A DNA stretch of 64,000 nt from Candidatus Bathyarchaeota archaeon (GTDB lineage Archaea; Thermoproteota; Bathyarchaeia; Bathyarchaeales; Bathycorpusculaceae). Of this stretch, positions 42,717-51,990 are shown piece by piece. Position 1 is the first letter of the stretch, and each line of letters begins with the position of its first letter. The notes beneath the pieces were generated by a model. It was not told the origin of the DNA, did not search any database, and saw only the letters and a program-made list of their open reading frames with translations. The position numbers were made by a program, and so were the translations under genes. The stretch lies in assembly GCA_963702095.1 (NCBI GenBank), contig OY969706.1:2873367-2937366 (forward strand), written 5' to 3'.

Positions 42717-42820
42717 GGGCTGAGTGGGCTTTGGATGAAGTTAACCGGTCGCGGTTGAAGGATGGTTTAGTTGCATTTTCCATTCTTTTCTCCTTTAATT
42801 GTTCCAGAGCCACAGCAAAC
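42717..42820 (+). ncRNA. Candidate structured ncRNA, copy 3
   Basis: GGGCTGAGTGGGCTTTGGA...GTCGCGG..AAGGATGG..TTGCATTTTCCATTCTTTTCTCC...TCCAGAGCCACAGCAAAC. Confidence 0.65.
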
Positions 42821-42975
42821 CTTTACTCTGTAAGCTATCGAGTGAGCGCAAATTTTATTTCCTTGAACAGTCATAAGACATAATGTTGTCTTGTTTTGTG
42901 TTGTCTTGAGTGTTATCTCGCTTTGTTGTCTTTTTTCCATGTTGTTGGAGTATAAACCTGTAGGCGTTCGTACTC

Positions 42976-43272
42976 TTGGGTGAACCTGAAGCTAAAACCA
43001 AAAAGAAACCATCATCAAACCGCTCGGCAAAAGAGCGCAGAAACACCCTATTTCGCGTTTTAGACGGCGTATTGAGCCTGTCCCACCAAAAAATTCATGC
43101 AGGCGGTAACAGCGACAAAGCTAAGCAAGGTTGGGCGAGAGTTTTAGTTTCAGCAGTCTCAGCCTACGGTCCCTTGCTAAAAGACGAGGAGTTGGAGCTT
43201 CGGGTGTTAACACTAGAGGAGAAGCTCAAAAACAGCATACTAATACCAAAACCCGAGGATAAAAAGAAATGA
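42976..43272 (+). CDS. Small hypothetical viral-type protein
   Basis: 98 aa with C-terminal coiled coil DEELELRVLTLEEKL; 4-nt overlap with next ORF. Confidence 0.6.
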   Translation: MGEPEAKTKKKPSSNRSAKERRNTLFRVLDGVLSLSHQKIHAGGNSDKAKQGWARVLVSAVSAYGPLLKDEELELRVLTLEEKLKNSILIPKPEDKKK

Positions 43273-44045
43273 ACCTCTTAAGCAAGAAACTGCATGCATT
43301 AGAAAAAAATGTGTTACCTGAACCAGAAGAGGGCACAACTAAAATAACATGGGAAAATGGCGATGTAGAGTTAGATCGAGCAGAAAACGAATTACATAGA
43401 CGAGCAACTCAAATCCTTGAGGCTCACATGCAAGACATGCAGCGGGCGGAGGAGCGGGGAGAAACCACTTATACGCCGCTGTCGCCAAGCGACCGGGAAA
43501 TCGTGGATGCAGCTAACCATCGCCTAATGGCTAGGATACTGGATATTTTTCAAGTCTTCACAGATACTTTTGTAACATTAAAAGACCCTGTGGCTAACTG
43601 GGTATTCTACACGCAATTCTATTGGCTAATTGAGGAAACCCGCAAGTTCAAAGAGCAATTTGACGCCGAAGTAGCAGTCTTTAACGTGCCTGGTTATTGG
43701 GAACTTTGCGAAGGCGAACAAAAAAGGCGTTTAGCCCCCGTTTATGCGGCTTGGAACCATGACTTATTTACTACAGAGAGTTTTCAACGCTACTGCGAAC
43801 AACACCACGTTTTCAAAACCACAGAGGAGATTCAGCAGTTGAACGCCAACCGCACGCCAGAACAAGCCAGGCAAGAAGCGTTAGAAGAGCAACAAGAAGA
43901 AAACGAGGAAAAAGCAGCCGCTGAAAGAAACGCCCGTTATCTAAGAGAGAAATGTCCTAAATGTGTAGAAAAGTGCGATTGGTTTTGGAAAACGCAAAGT
44001 GACCAATTTTGCCAATTAACGTTTAGGGAGATTTTGAAAGTATGA
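43269..44045 (+). CDS. Hypothetical protein with C-terminal Cys cluster
   Basis: 258 aa, coupled overlaps at both ends, CPKC...C. Confidence 0.7.
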   Translation: MNLLSKKLHALEKNVLPEPEEGTTKITWENGDVELDRAENELHRRATQILEAHMQDMQRAEERGETTYTPLSPSDREIVDAANHRLMARILDIFQVFTDTFVTLKDPVANWVFYTQFYWLIEETRKFKEQFDAEVAVFNVPGYWELCEGEQKRRLAPVYAAWNHDLFTTESFQRYCEQHHVFKTTEEIQQLNANRTPEQARQEALEEQQEENEEKAAAERNARYLREKCPKCVEKCDWFWKTQSDQFCQLTFREILKV

Positions 44046-44599
44046 GCGAACCAGTGGAAAACGAAATTCCCATTCCTATGTCGGAGCGCGTGAAAATCAG
44101 CGACCTCAAGTTTGACCAGGACAATCCCAACCGGATGACCCTAGCGCAGCTCGAACGCCTGAAAGCTTCAATCAGAAGGTGGGGCGACATCGTTCCCGTC
44201 GTAACCAACAGTGAGCTGTTAGTCGCCGATGGACAGCAGCGCGTCACCGCAATGAAGGAACTTGGCATGATTGAGTGCAGCGTCATACGCCTGCCCGTTA
44301 AAGATGTTGATCGGCGATTGCTACGGCAGGTGCTCAACAAGCTCAGAGGCAAGCATAACAAGGAGATGGATAGCGCCGAGTACCTGCGCATCATCAGTGA
44401 GGGAGAAAAAGAGGAATTGCAGTTGTTTCTTCAATCTGTGGGCGAGAAGCTCCCCCTAGAGGTAGACGGTCGCGAGGTTTCTTTTTCGGTCCCTGAAACC
44501 TACGAGTTAATCGTTGAGTGCAGAGATGAGGCTGACCAGAAAGCCAAGTATGAGAAGCTAAAGTTGGAGGGGTATAAGCTACGGATTTTGACATTATAA
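44042..44599 (+). CDS. ParB/Srx N-terminal domain protein
   Basis: DNPNRM...LKASIRRWG..VPVV...VADGQQRV.A. Confidence 0.88.
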   Translation: MSEPVENEIPIPMSERVKISDLKFDQDNPNRMTLAQLERLKASIRRWGDIVPVVTNSELLVADGQQRVTAMKELGMIECSVIRLPVKDVDRRLLRQVLNKLRGKHNKEMDSAEYLRIISEGEKEELQLFLQSVGEKLPLEVDGREVSFSVPETYELIVECRDEADQKAKYEKLKLEGYKLRILTL

Positions 44600-45261
44600 A
44601 ACGCTGGGAAGAATCTGATAGCTTTCGAGCGCAGAGCGTGGTTGGCAGCTACACCCTAAACGATGTCAAGCTGGAGAAGCACTTTAAGGGCTCCTTACCG
44701 CTGGAAAATTTTGATTGGCAAGTCGGCGTCATCGTGGGGCGCAGCGGCTCAGGCAAAACCAGCATAGCCAAACAGCTATTTCCCGGCGCATACATCCGAG
44801 ATTTTGAGTACTTAAGCAAATGTGTCTTAGATGACTTTCCAGCAGGGCTTGAAACATCAGAAATAACTCGGATGTTGTGCAGTGTGGGGTTTGCTTCTCC
44901 GCCGGATTGGCTCAAAGCCTATGATTGCCTCAGCCAAGGGGAAAAGATGCGGGTGGACATCGCACGTGCACTTTGCCTAGAAAAGCCTTTGGTGGTTTTC
45001 GACGAGTTTACCTCTGTTGTGGATAGAGAGATTGCTAAAGTCAGCGCGTTCGCCATCAGTAAGGCTGTTCGCAGAAGCTCCAAGAAGTTCATAGCCGTTA
45101 CCTGCCACTATGATGTAGTTGATTGGTTAGAACCTGACTGGGTTTTCTGCACTGACACTATGGAGTTTAGCCGAAAAAAAGGAGTCTGCCGCCCGTTGAA
45201 CTCCAAGTCCATCGGTGCGGCAAACAACTATGGCAGATGTTTCGGCCATATCATTATCTAA
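44581..45261 (+). CDS. ABC-type ATPase of a phage-type DNA-modification module (start uncertain: ACG 44581 or GTG 44638)
   Basis: GRSGSGKT, LSQGEKMR, VVFDEFTSVVDR, VTCHYD. Confidence 0.85.
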   Translation, partial: TDFDIIKRWEESDSFRAQSVVGSYTLNDVKLEKHFKGSLPLENFDWQVGVIVGRSGSGKTSIAKQLFPGAYIRDFEYLSKCVLDDFPAGLETSEITRMLCSVGFASPPDWLKAYDCLSQGEKMRVDIARALCLEKPLVVFDEFTSVVDREIAKVSAFAISKAVRRSSKKFIAVTCHYDVVDWLEPDWVFCTDTMEFSRKKGVCRPLNSKSIGAANNYGRCFGHIII

Positions 45262-45641
45262 ACAGCACACTTGGAGCAGGCGTTCGATGCTACACAGCAG
45301 TATACCAAAACAAACCCATAGCCTTCATCGCAATAGCAAGCGTTAAAATGAAATCAAGCTATCACCGGGTGAGCCGGCTTGTTGTCCTACCAGACTACCA
45401 AGGGCTTGGCATAGGAAAGCGATTATTGAACCTAATAGCTGAGCGTTATACTTCCCAGACAAAGATGCCTTTCTATATTTTAACTAGTAATCCTCAGGTT
45501 ATTAGGGGGGGCTTGAAGGGTTGGAAAATAACCCGTTTTGGGCATGCAAGCAGAGGCAAAGGAGACACAAGAATCAACAATGAAATTAGAAGTAGCTTAA
45601 GTCGAAAACGAATCACCGTTTCTCTTCAATATGCACCTTAA
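45171..45641 (+). CDS. GNAT (Mom-like) acetyltransferase, probably fused to the ATPase by a -1 shift
   Basis: Frame open from 45171 (first ATG 45237): WQMFRPYHYL, SRLVVLPDYQGLGIG acetyl-CoA motif A. Confidence 0.8.
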   Translation, partial: PKKRSLPPVELQVHRCGKQLWQMFRPYHYLNSTLGAGVRCYTAVYQNKPIAFIAIASVKMKSSYHRVSRLVVLPDYQGLGIGKRLLNLIAERYTSQTKMPFYILTSNPQVIRGGLKGWKITRFGHASRGKGDTRINNEIRSSLSRKRITVSLQYAP

Positions 45642-45711
45642 AACTAAGTTAAGGGCAACTATCCTTTCAATGCATTTATAGTACATTGGCTTTCGCTCTT
45701 TTATCGAGATT

Positions 45712-46812
45712 CTAGTCTAGTTCTTTGGCCAGCTCTTCCAGAAGGGCACTTTGGCGCTGAGTTAGCTTTTTGGGGACAACCACATTCACACGGACGCGCA
45801 GATCGCCTCTGCCATATCCACCCATTCTCGGCATGCCCCTGCCTCTGACTATTAGAATCTGTCCGGGTTGTGTTCCAGGATGAATTCTCAGTGTAGCTTT
45901 CCCTTCAATTGCAGGTATGGTGACTTCCGCACCTAATGATGCTTGCGTAATGCTGATGTATAGATTGTATAAGAGATCGTCGCCTTCTCTTTTGAAGTAT
46001 TGATGAGGCATCAGGTGAATCATTATGTATAAATCTCCTGAGGGGCCTCCGTCCTGGGCTGCGTCTCCTTGTCCTTCAAGCCTAAGCTGGTTTCCTTCAG
46101 TTATTCCAACGGGTATCTTAACCGTGATTTTTCTTTCCCTCTTTATGAGTCCTTTTCCGTTGCAGTTTCTACATGGGGAAATAATTTTTTGGCCTGTGCC
46201 GTTGCAAGCAGAGCACGGTGCGATTTGCATAAACGTGCCAGACCTTTTTTTTATTGTGTTTTGGACTTTTCCAGAACCTCTGCATACTGGGCAAGTTTGC
46301 ACTGAAGAACCTGGAGTAGCTCCAGAACCCCCACAAACTGGGCAACGCTCAATTCTCGGGACCTCAATTTCTTTTTCAACACCGCGCTCTGCTTCCTCAA
46401 GGGTTATGTATACTTCGTAGCCCAAATCTCGTCCACGGATTGCTCTTTGTCTTCCTTCAAAGTCTCTGCCCCCAAAGAAAACACTGAAAAGATCATCAAA
46501 GCCGGAGCTGACACCCATGTCGCGAAATATCGAGTCAAAGTCGGCACCTCGGAAAATGTCCTCTCGACTATACCTTTGATCAAATCCATTACTACCCAAA
46601 TTGTCATACTGTTGGCGTTTCTCATCATCTGACAGCACTGCGTAGGCTTCAGATATTTCTTTGAACTTCTCTTCAGCTCCAGGAGACTTGTTTCTGTCTG
46701 GATGATATTGCATGGCTAGTTTTCTGTAGGCGTCTTTTATCGCGTCTTTGGATGCATCCTTTGGAATGCCTAAAATCTCGTAGTAATTCTTTTTTTCAGT
46801 CATTGATTCCAA
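45712..46812 (-). CDS. dnaJ: Molecular chaperone DnaJ (class A)
   Basis: J domain with HPD, G/F region, four CxxCxGxG repeats, C-terminal domain. Confidence 0.96.
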   Translation of the reverse strand: MESMTEKKNYYEILGIPKDASKDAIKDAYRKLAMQYHPDRNKSPGAEEKFKEISEAYAVLSDDEKRQQYDNLGSNGFDQRYSREDIFRGADFDSIFRDMGVSSGFDDLFSVFFGGRDFEGRQRAIRGRDLGYEVYITLEEAERGVEKEIEVPRIERCPVCGGSGATPGSSVQTCPVCRGSGKVQNTIKKRSGTFMQIAPCSACNGTGQKIISPCRNCNGKGLIKRERKITVKIPVGITEGNQLRLEGQGDAAQDGGPSGDLYIMIHLMPHQYFKREGDDLLYNLYISITQASLGAEVTIPAIEGKATLRIHPGTQPGQILIVRGRGMPRMGGYGRGDLRVRVNVVVPKKLTQRQSALLEELAKELD

Positions 46813-47069
46813 CTTCGTATCCTGTATGGCAAGTGTGCGTTCCCTAAATAGATTAGTTCAGCGACCTAGAAATAACCTACTGCGTAATGATATATGAAAA
46901 ACTGGAAAATAACCTGTTAGGGATACGCAAGCAAAGCGGCAACACAAAAATAAATAATGAAATCCGAAACAACCTAAGCCGCAAACGCATAACCATTTCC
47001 CTACAGTACCTCAGGTTTTCGTTTCAAGAAAAAATCAAAACAGAATGTCTGAACTAAAGGTTATTGTTC

Positions 47070-47201
47070 TTAAGTCTGCCTTGACTTTTGTCTTTCCAGT
47101 CTGGCAGACTTTTTATCCTTACGTTTAGCAGCTCTATCTTTCTGCTTCTGAGGCTGAGGTTTTGACCGGTCTTGTTCTCCTGTTTCTCCTCTCTTACTCA
47201 T
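47070..47201 (-). CDS. 43-aa highly basic small protein
   Basis: SD GAGGTGA 7 nt before ATG; MSKRGETGEQDRSKPQPQKQKDRAAKRKDKKSARLERQKSRQT. Confidence 0.55.
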   Translation of the reverse strand: MSKRGETGEQDRSKPQPQKQKDRAAKRKDKKSARLERQKSRQT

Positions 47202-47420
47202 CTTGCTATCACCTCATAGTAAAAAATAGCTCAGTCTCTTTCGTTTGACTGTTCTTAGCCATGATAGAGTTAATTCAAGAGCTTTTATGATTTTCGGAGA
47301 GAAACATGGAATTAAGGAGTTGAGGTGATGGACGTATTGGCTGTTCTTTGAGAATAAAGAGAAAGCTAAGAGTGGGCTCGACCTGAAGTAAAGTTTAATT
47401 AAAGATTTTACAACCATTTG

Positions 47421-47615
47421 TACACTTCCCAAATAAAAATGCCCTTCTACATCCTAACGAGCAACCCTCAAATAATAAGAGGCAACTTGGCAAACTGGAA
47501 GTAACACGTTTGGGTTCACGCCAGCAAAGGAAGAGGAGACACTAGGCTAAACAATGAAATACAGAAGCAGTCTTTAGCCGAAAACGGGTTACTGTCTCTA
47601 TGCAGTTTTGTTCCA
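47421..47615 (+). pseudogene. Degraded second copy of the GNAT C-terminus
   Basis: YTSQIKMPFYILTSNPQIIRG...HASKGRGDTRLNNEI...SRKRVTVS with several indels; matches 45450-45641. Confidence 0.85.
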
Positions 47616-47694
47616 CTAAAAAGAGTTTTTCCCCATTAAGAAAGACTTGCAGGACAAGTGTTCAATACTCCATTACATTTACGCGCTTAAACAC

Positions 47695-47740
47695 ATATGC
47701 TTATAAGCACGTATGTACTTATATGCTTATATGAATAAGC
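47695..47740. promoter_or_regulatory. Putative RHH operator array
   Basis: Palindrome TGCTTATAAGCA (47698-47709), direct repeat ATATGCTTATA (47695, 47721), GCTTAT-N4-ATAAGC (47725-47740). Confidence 0.55.
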
Positions 47741-47777
47741 GACCTCAAAGCGAACAAAAAGTAAAGAAGTGACTAAA

Positions 47778-47918
47778 ATGGGCCGAATTAACGTTGACCT
47801 CCCAGACGAATTAGAAAAACAGCTAAGGTTAAAAACCGTGGAGCAATTCGGAGGCAAAAAAGGCGACTTGTCCAAAGCAATTCAAGAAGCAGTAAATACA
47901 TGGATCAACTCCAAATAA
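47778..47918 (+). CDS. 46-aa ribbon-helix-helix (CopG-like) protein
   Basis: MGRINVDLPDELEKQLRLKTVEQFGGKKGDLSKAIQEAVNTWINSK. Confidence 0.85.
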   Translation: MGRINVDLPDELEKQLRLKTVEQFGGKKGDLSKAIQEAVNTWINSK

Positions 47919-48127
47919 AGTCGCCTCCAGAAAATACTGATAACTATCTTATAAGAAGCCTATGTAAAAGGCAAGGGCAAGCCAGTTAGCCTGGAACATC
48001 CTCGTATGAGGGTTATGGGCAATCTAGCTGGAGAGTTCCCTTTGTAAAATAGTTCAAGCAAAGATGTAACATATTGATAGCCAGCTCAGAAAGAAAATTC
48101 GAGAATGTTATCGCAGTTTAAAATAAA

Positions 48128-49120
48128 TTGGATGGAGTCAGAAAAATGAGTATAACCCAAATGAGCATGATAAAAGAAGTCCCAATAATTAATTCGCGCT
48201 TAGTTGATAAGTGCCCTGAATGTTCAAGCAATAATCTCGTTCACGACAATGACACCGGCGAAACCATCTGTGGTGACTGCGGTTTAGTTGTTTTTGAAAA
48301 AATGGTGGATAAAGGTCCTGAGTGGCGCGCTTTTACTTCAGAAGAAAAAGCATCAAGATGTCGCGTTGGCATGCCAACGTCATATTCGATTCATGATAAA
48401 GGATTATCTACGGTCATAAGTCAAGTTGACAGAGACGCATTTGGAAGAAAACTACCGATATCCACTAGACTGCAGATGTGGCGCCTTAGGAAATGGCAAA
48501 TACGTAGTCGAGTGCATTCATCCACTGATCGGAACCTCGCTCAAGCCATGAGTGAACTTGAACGTTTATCCAGTATGGTTTCTATCTCACCGCCAATAAA
48601 AGAAAAAGCCGCTGTCACTTACAGAAAAGCACTTGAAAAAGGCTTGGTCCGGGGAAGATCGATTAACGCAATCGCTGCAGCTTCACTTTATGCTGCTTGC
48701 CGCAAAAGCGGGTCACCCAGAACTCTTAGCGAAATAGCTAAAGCAAGTCTTGTCGAAAAGAAGGACGTTGCAAGGTGCTATAGGCTATTGCTGCAAGAGC
48801 TTGATTTTCATATGCCAGTTTCTGAGCCACTGACATATGTTTCAAAAATTGCAGAAAAAACAGGAATCTCGGGCAAAACACAAGGCGCAGCTATAGCGTT
48901 ACTCAGAGAAGCTAGAGATAAACGGTTTTCAGCAGGAAAAGACCCAATGGGCTTAGCTGCAGCCGCACTCTATATCGCATGCCTGCAGAACGCTGAAAAA
49001 ACCACACAAAAAGACATCTCGGAAGCAGCTGGAGTCACCGAAGTTACAGTCAGAAACAGATACAAAACCCTAGTGAAACAGCTTAATATAGAAACACCTG
49101 ACCGAAAAACTTGTTCCTAA
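48128..49120 (+). CDS. tfb: Transcription initiation factor IIB paralogue
   Basis: CPEC...CGDCG Zn ribbon, GPEWRAF, LVRGRS, GKDPMGLAAAALY, GVTEVTVRNRY. Confidence 0.97.
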   Translation: MDGVRKMSITQMSMIKEVPIINSRLVDKCPECSSNNLVHDNDTGETICGDCGLVVFEKMVDKGPEWRAFTSEEKASRCRVGMPTSYSIHDKGLSTVISQVDRDAFGRKLPISTRLQMWRLRKWQIRSRVHSSTDRNLAQAMSELERLSSMVSISPPIKEKAAVTYRKALEKGLVRGRSINAIAAASLYAACRKSGSPRTLSEIAKASLVEKKDVARCYRLLLQELDFHMPVSEPLTYVSKIAEKTGISGKTQGAAIALLREARDKRFSAGKDPMGLAAAALYIACLQNAEKTTQKDISEAAGVTEVTVRNRYKTLVKQLNIETPDRKTCS

Positions 49121-49628
49121 GTTTTTTCATTTTTATTTTTAAATATCCGATTATTAATGTCCATAACGTCACAATTCGCAGTTGAGTGTTTATTTTTGTT
49201 TGGACTTAGGTATTATGTGACTTAGTTTGCCGTCTTTATAGTACTCCATAAACTTATTTTCGCAGCTACAACAAACATACTGCTTAACATGAAAAGCCCC
49301 ATACTCGCACTCTTTACCTGTGAGTTGTCTAAAACTGCTTAAGGAGGAACCTGAAACATATTTTTGCTAGAGCTATTTGGCTACTGGCTTTCAAAGGCTC
49401 TTTGCAATCTACTTTGAAGTAGCTCCAACCACCATTCCTATAAGAAAATTCAACTATTGCCTCAGAATTACTTTTGAACGCTCATTACATAACAAAAGCA
49501 CAGTTGGAAGTTCTGAGACACTTTCACTCTACCCTCTACTACTTCGCTGGGTCCTTTCGACCATTGCTTTATATTCAAAATAGGCGAATGCCTAAGCCCC
49601 ACGTGATTTTCGAAGGTGATGGGTTCAG

Positions 49629-51917
49629 ATGGATTGTTTGGAGGGATAGCCAGTCAGAGGATGGATATTTGATGTTTACCCCGCAGACGAAGGCGAAATG
49701 GTAGTCTGGATTATAAGCGAGAACGGGGAGCGCATCCGCTTAATCGATAGTTTCCATCCTCAAATCTATGTTTCAGGAGCAAGGAGAGAACTCGAAGAGT
49801 GCATAAGCAAACTCTACCATAACAAAGACATAATCGATTGGCGCTTCACACAGAAATACGCTAAACCCACAGACCCACAAAAGAGCCGCATTCTTGAATT
49901 AACCCTAAAAGACTACCGAAAAGCCTTCTACCTAACAAAGCAAATCCTGCGGTTGGGCGATTACTCCAGGCTTGATGTGCACAATGCCGATCTGCATGCT
50001 GATAGGGCTTATTTGTTTAGCCACGACCTTTTTCCGCTGGGACTGGTTGACATTAAGAGACAAGATGGAAAGCTGGCCTACACCCTAAGGGATGATGTGG
50101 CGAGTACTGATTATTCGGTTCCACCCCTAACGACGCTCAGGCTGGAGTTAGAGATCGCAAAGAGCGGTAAGATAGCTCAATTTAGCGACCCCATAAAACA
50201 GATTACACTAACACACGACAAAACAAGCATAACCATTAAAGAATCCGATGAAGCCCAAAACCTTCTCGAGTTGTCAAAAGCTGTGGCTGAGATTGATCCC
50301 GATTTTCTGCTCACCAAAGGCGGCGACACATACCTATTTCCCTATTTGGCACAGCGAGCAGCGGAAAACCAAATCACAGACCAATTTACGCTGAGCCGAG
50401 ACCCCACACCACTATCGAACAATAAAGCCTCAGGCAACACCTACTTCTCATATGGCCGAACATTCTACCGCGCATCTATTCAGCGCCTCTATGGCAGAGT
50501 ACACGTAGATTACTCTAATACATTTGTTATCTCGGAAGCCGACTTGGACGGCTTAATTGAGATAGCCCGAACTTGCCGAGTACCTCTGCATACGGCAGCT
50601 CGTAACTCTATCGGCTCAAGCATGACCTCGATGCAGCTCTACCAAGCCATAAAAGACGAGGTTTTAATCCCCCGAAACAAAAGCATAGCTGAAGCCTTCA
50701 AATCTGCTTACGAGTTGCTTGTAGCTGATCGGGGCGGGTTTGTTTTTGAGCCAAGGGTAGGAGTCCACGACGACATTGGCGAGTTGGACTTCAGCAGCAT
50801 GTATCCCATAATAATGGTTAACAACAACATCTCTGCTGAAACGGTTCTTTGCAAATGCTGCCCCGATTCCCCCATTCGGATTCCTGAGCTAAACTATCAC
50901 ATCTGTACCAAACGCAGAGGCATCGTTCCAAAAACTGTTGAATTAGCAGTAAGAAAGAGATTGTACTACAAGAAAATGAAAGACGAATCACCCGATCCAG
51001 TGTTAAGGGAGATTTATGATAAAAGGCAGATTGCGCTGAAATGGATACTTGTCACCTGTTTCGGTTACTTGGGTTTTAAAAACTCAAAATTCGGTACAAT
51101 TGATGGTCACATTGGAGTGTGCGCTTTTGGAAGAGAAGCCCTGCTTAAAGCCGCTCACACCGCAGAAGAATTTGGGTTTGAAGTAATGCATGGCATAGTG
51201 GATTCTCTATGGCTCAAAAAACCCAACACGCCAGTACAAGAGTACAAAGCACTTTGCCAAAAAATCACCGAACAAACCAAGATACCCCTAAATTTTGAGG
51301 GCAAATACAAATGGATAGTCTTCCTACCCTCCAAAATGCATCCAAACATAGGAGTACTAAACCGCTACTACGGCGTTATGGAAAGCGGCAAAATCAAAGT
51401 TCGAGGGATAGAAATTAGACGCCGAGACACCCCAAAATTCATCTTCGACGCCCAAACCGACATGATTAAAGAATTATCAGCAGCAAACAACGTCTCGGAA
51501 CTCTACGAAAAAATCCCAAAAGCACTCAACGTTGTTCGGGTTTATCGGCAAAGACTGCTCGATGGCAAAATTCCTATTTGGGATCTAATTATAACGAAGC
51601 ATTTGTCAAAGGAGCCGGCGAATTATCGACAGCAAGTCAGCCAAGTGATTGCGGCAAAGCAACTCATCAAAGAAGGCGACGGGGTGAATGCCGGACAAAG
51701 CCTTAGGTTCTTGTTTACTGACACAAAAAACAAAAAGCCTTCCAAAAGAATAAAGGCACACCAACTAATTGACGAAACGACCAATCCGGACCTAAGACAA
51801 TACCTAAAGATACTCTATGACTCCTCAGCAAACCTACTAAGCTTCGCCGGCTTCACTTCAAAGTCAATATTTGAAGCGGTCAGCCAAGAAAGACAAACTC
51901 GATTAAGTAATTATTAA
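49629..51917 (+). CDS. polB2: Family B DNA polymerase, PolB2 type (in-frame TAG at codon 7; ORF from 49698 intact)
   Basis: DFSSMYP, KWILVTCFGYLG, HGIVDSLW, NRYYG, KVRGIEIRRRD; degenerate exonuclease motifs. Confidence 0.9.
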
Positions 51918-51990
51918 AAGATTACCAAAGAAAATTTTCGATAAAGTGCTTATGTATAGGTAGACGAGGCAACTCTCTCTGCCCATTTAG

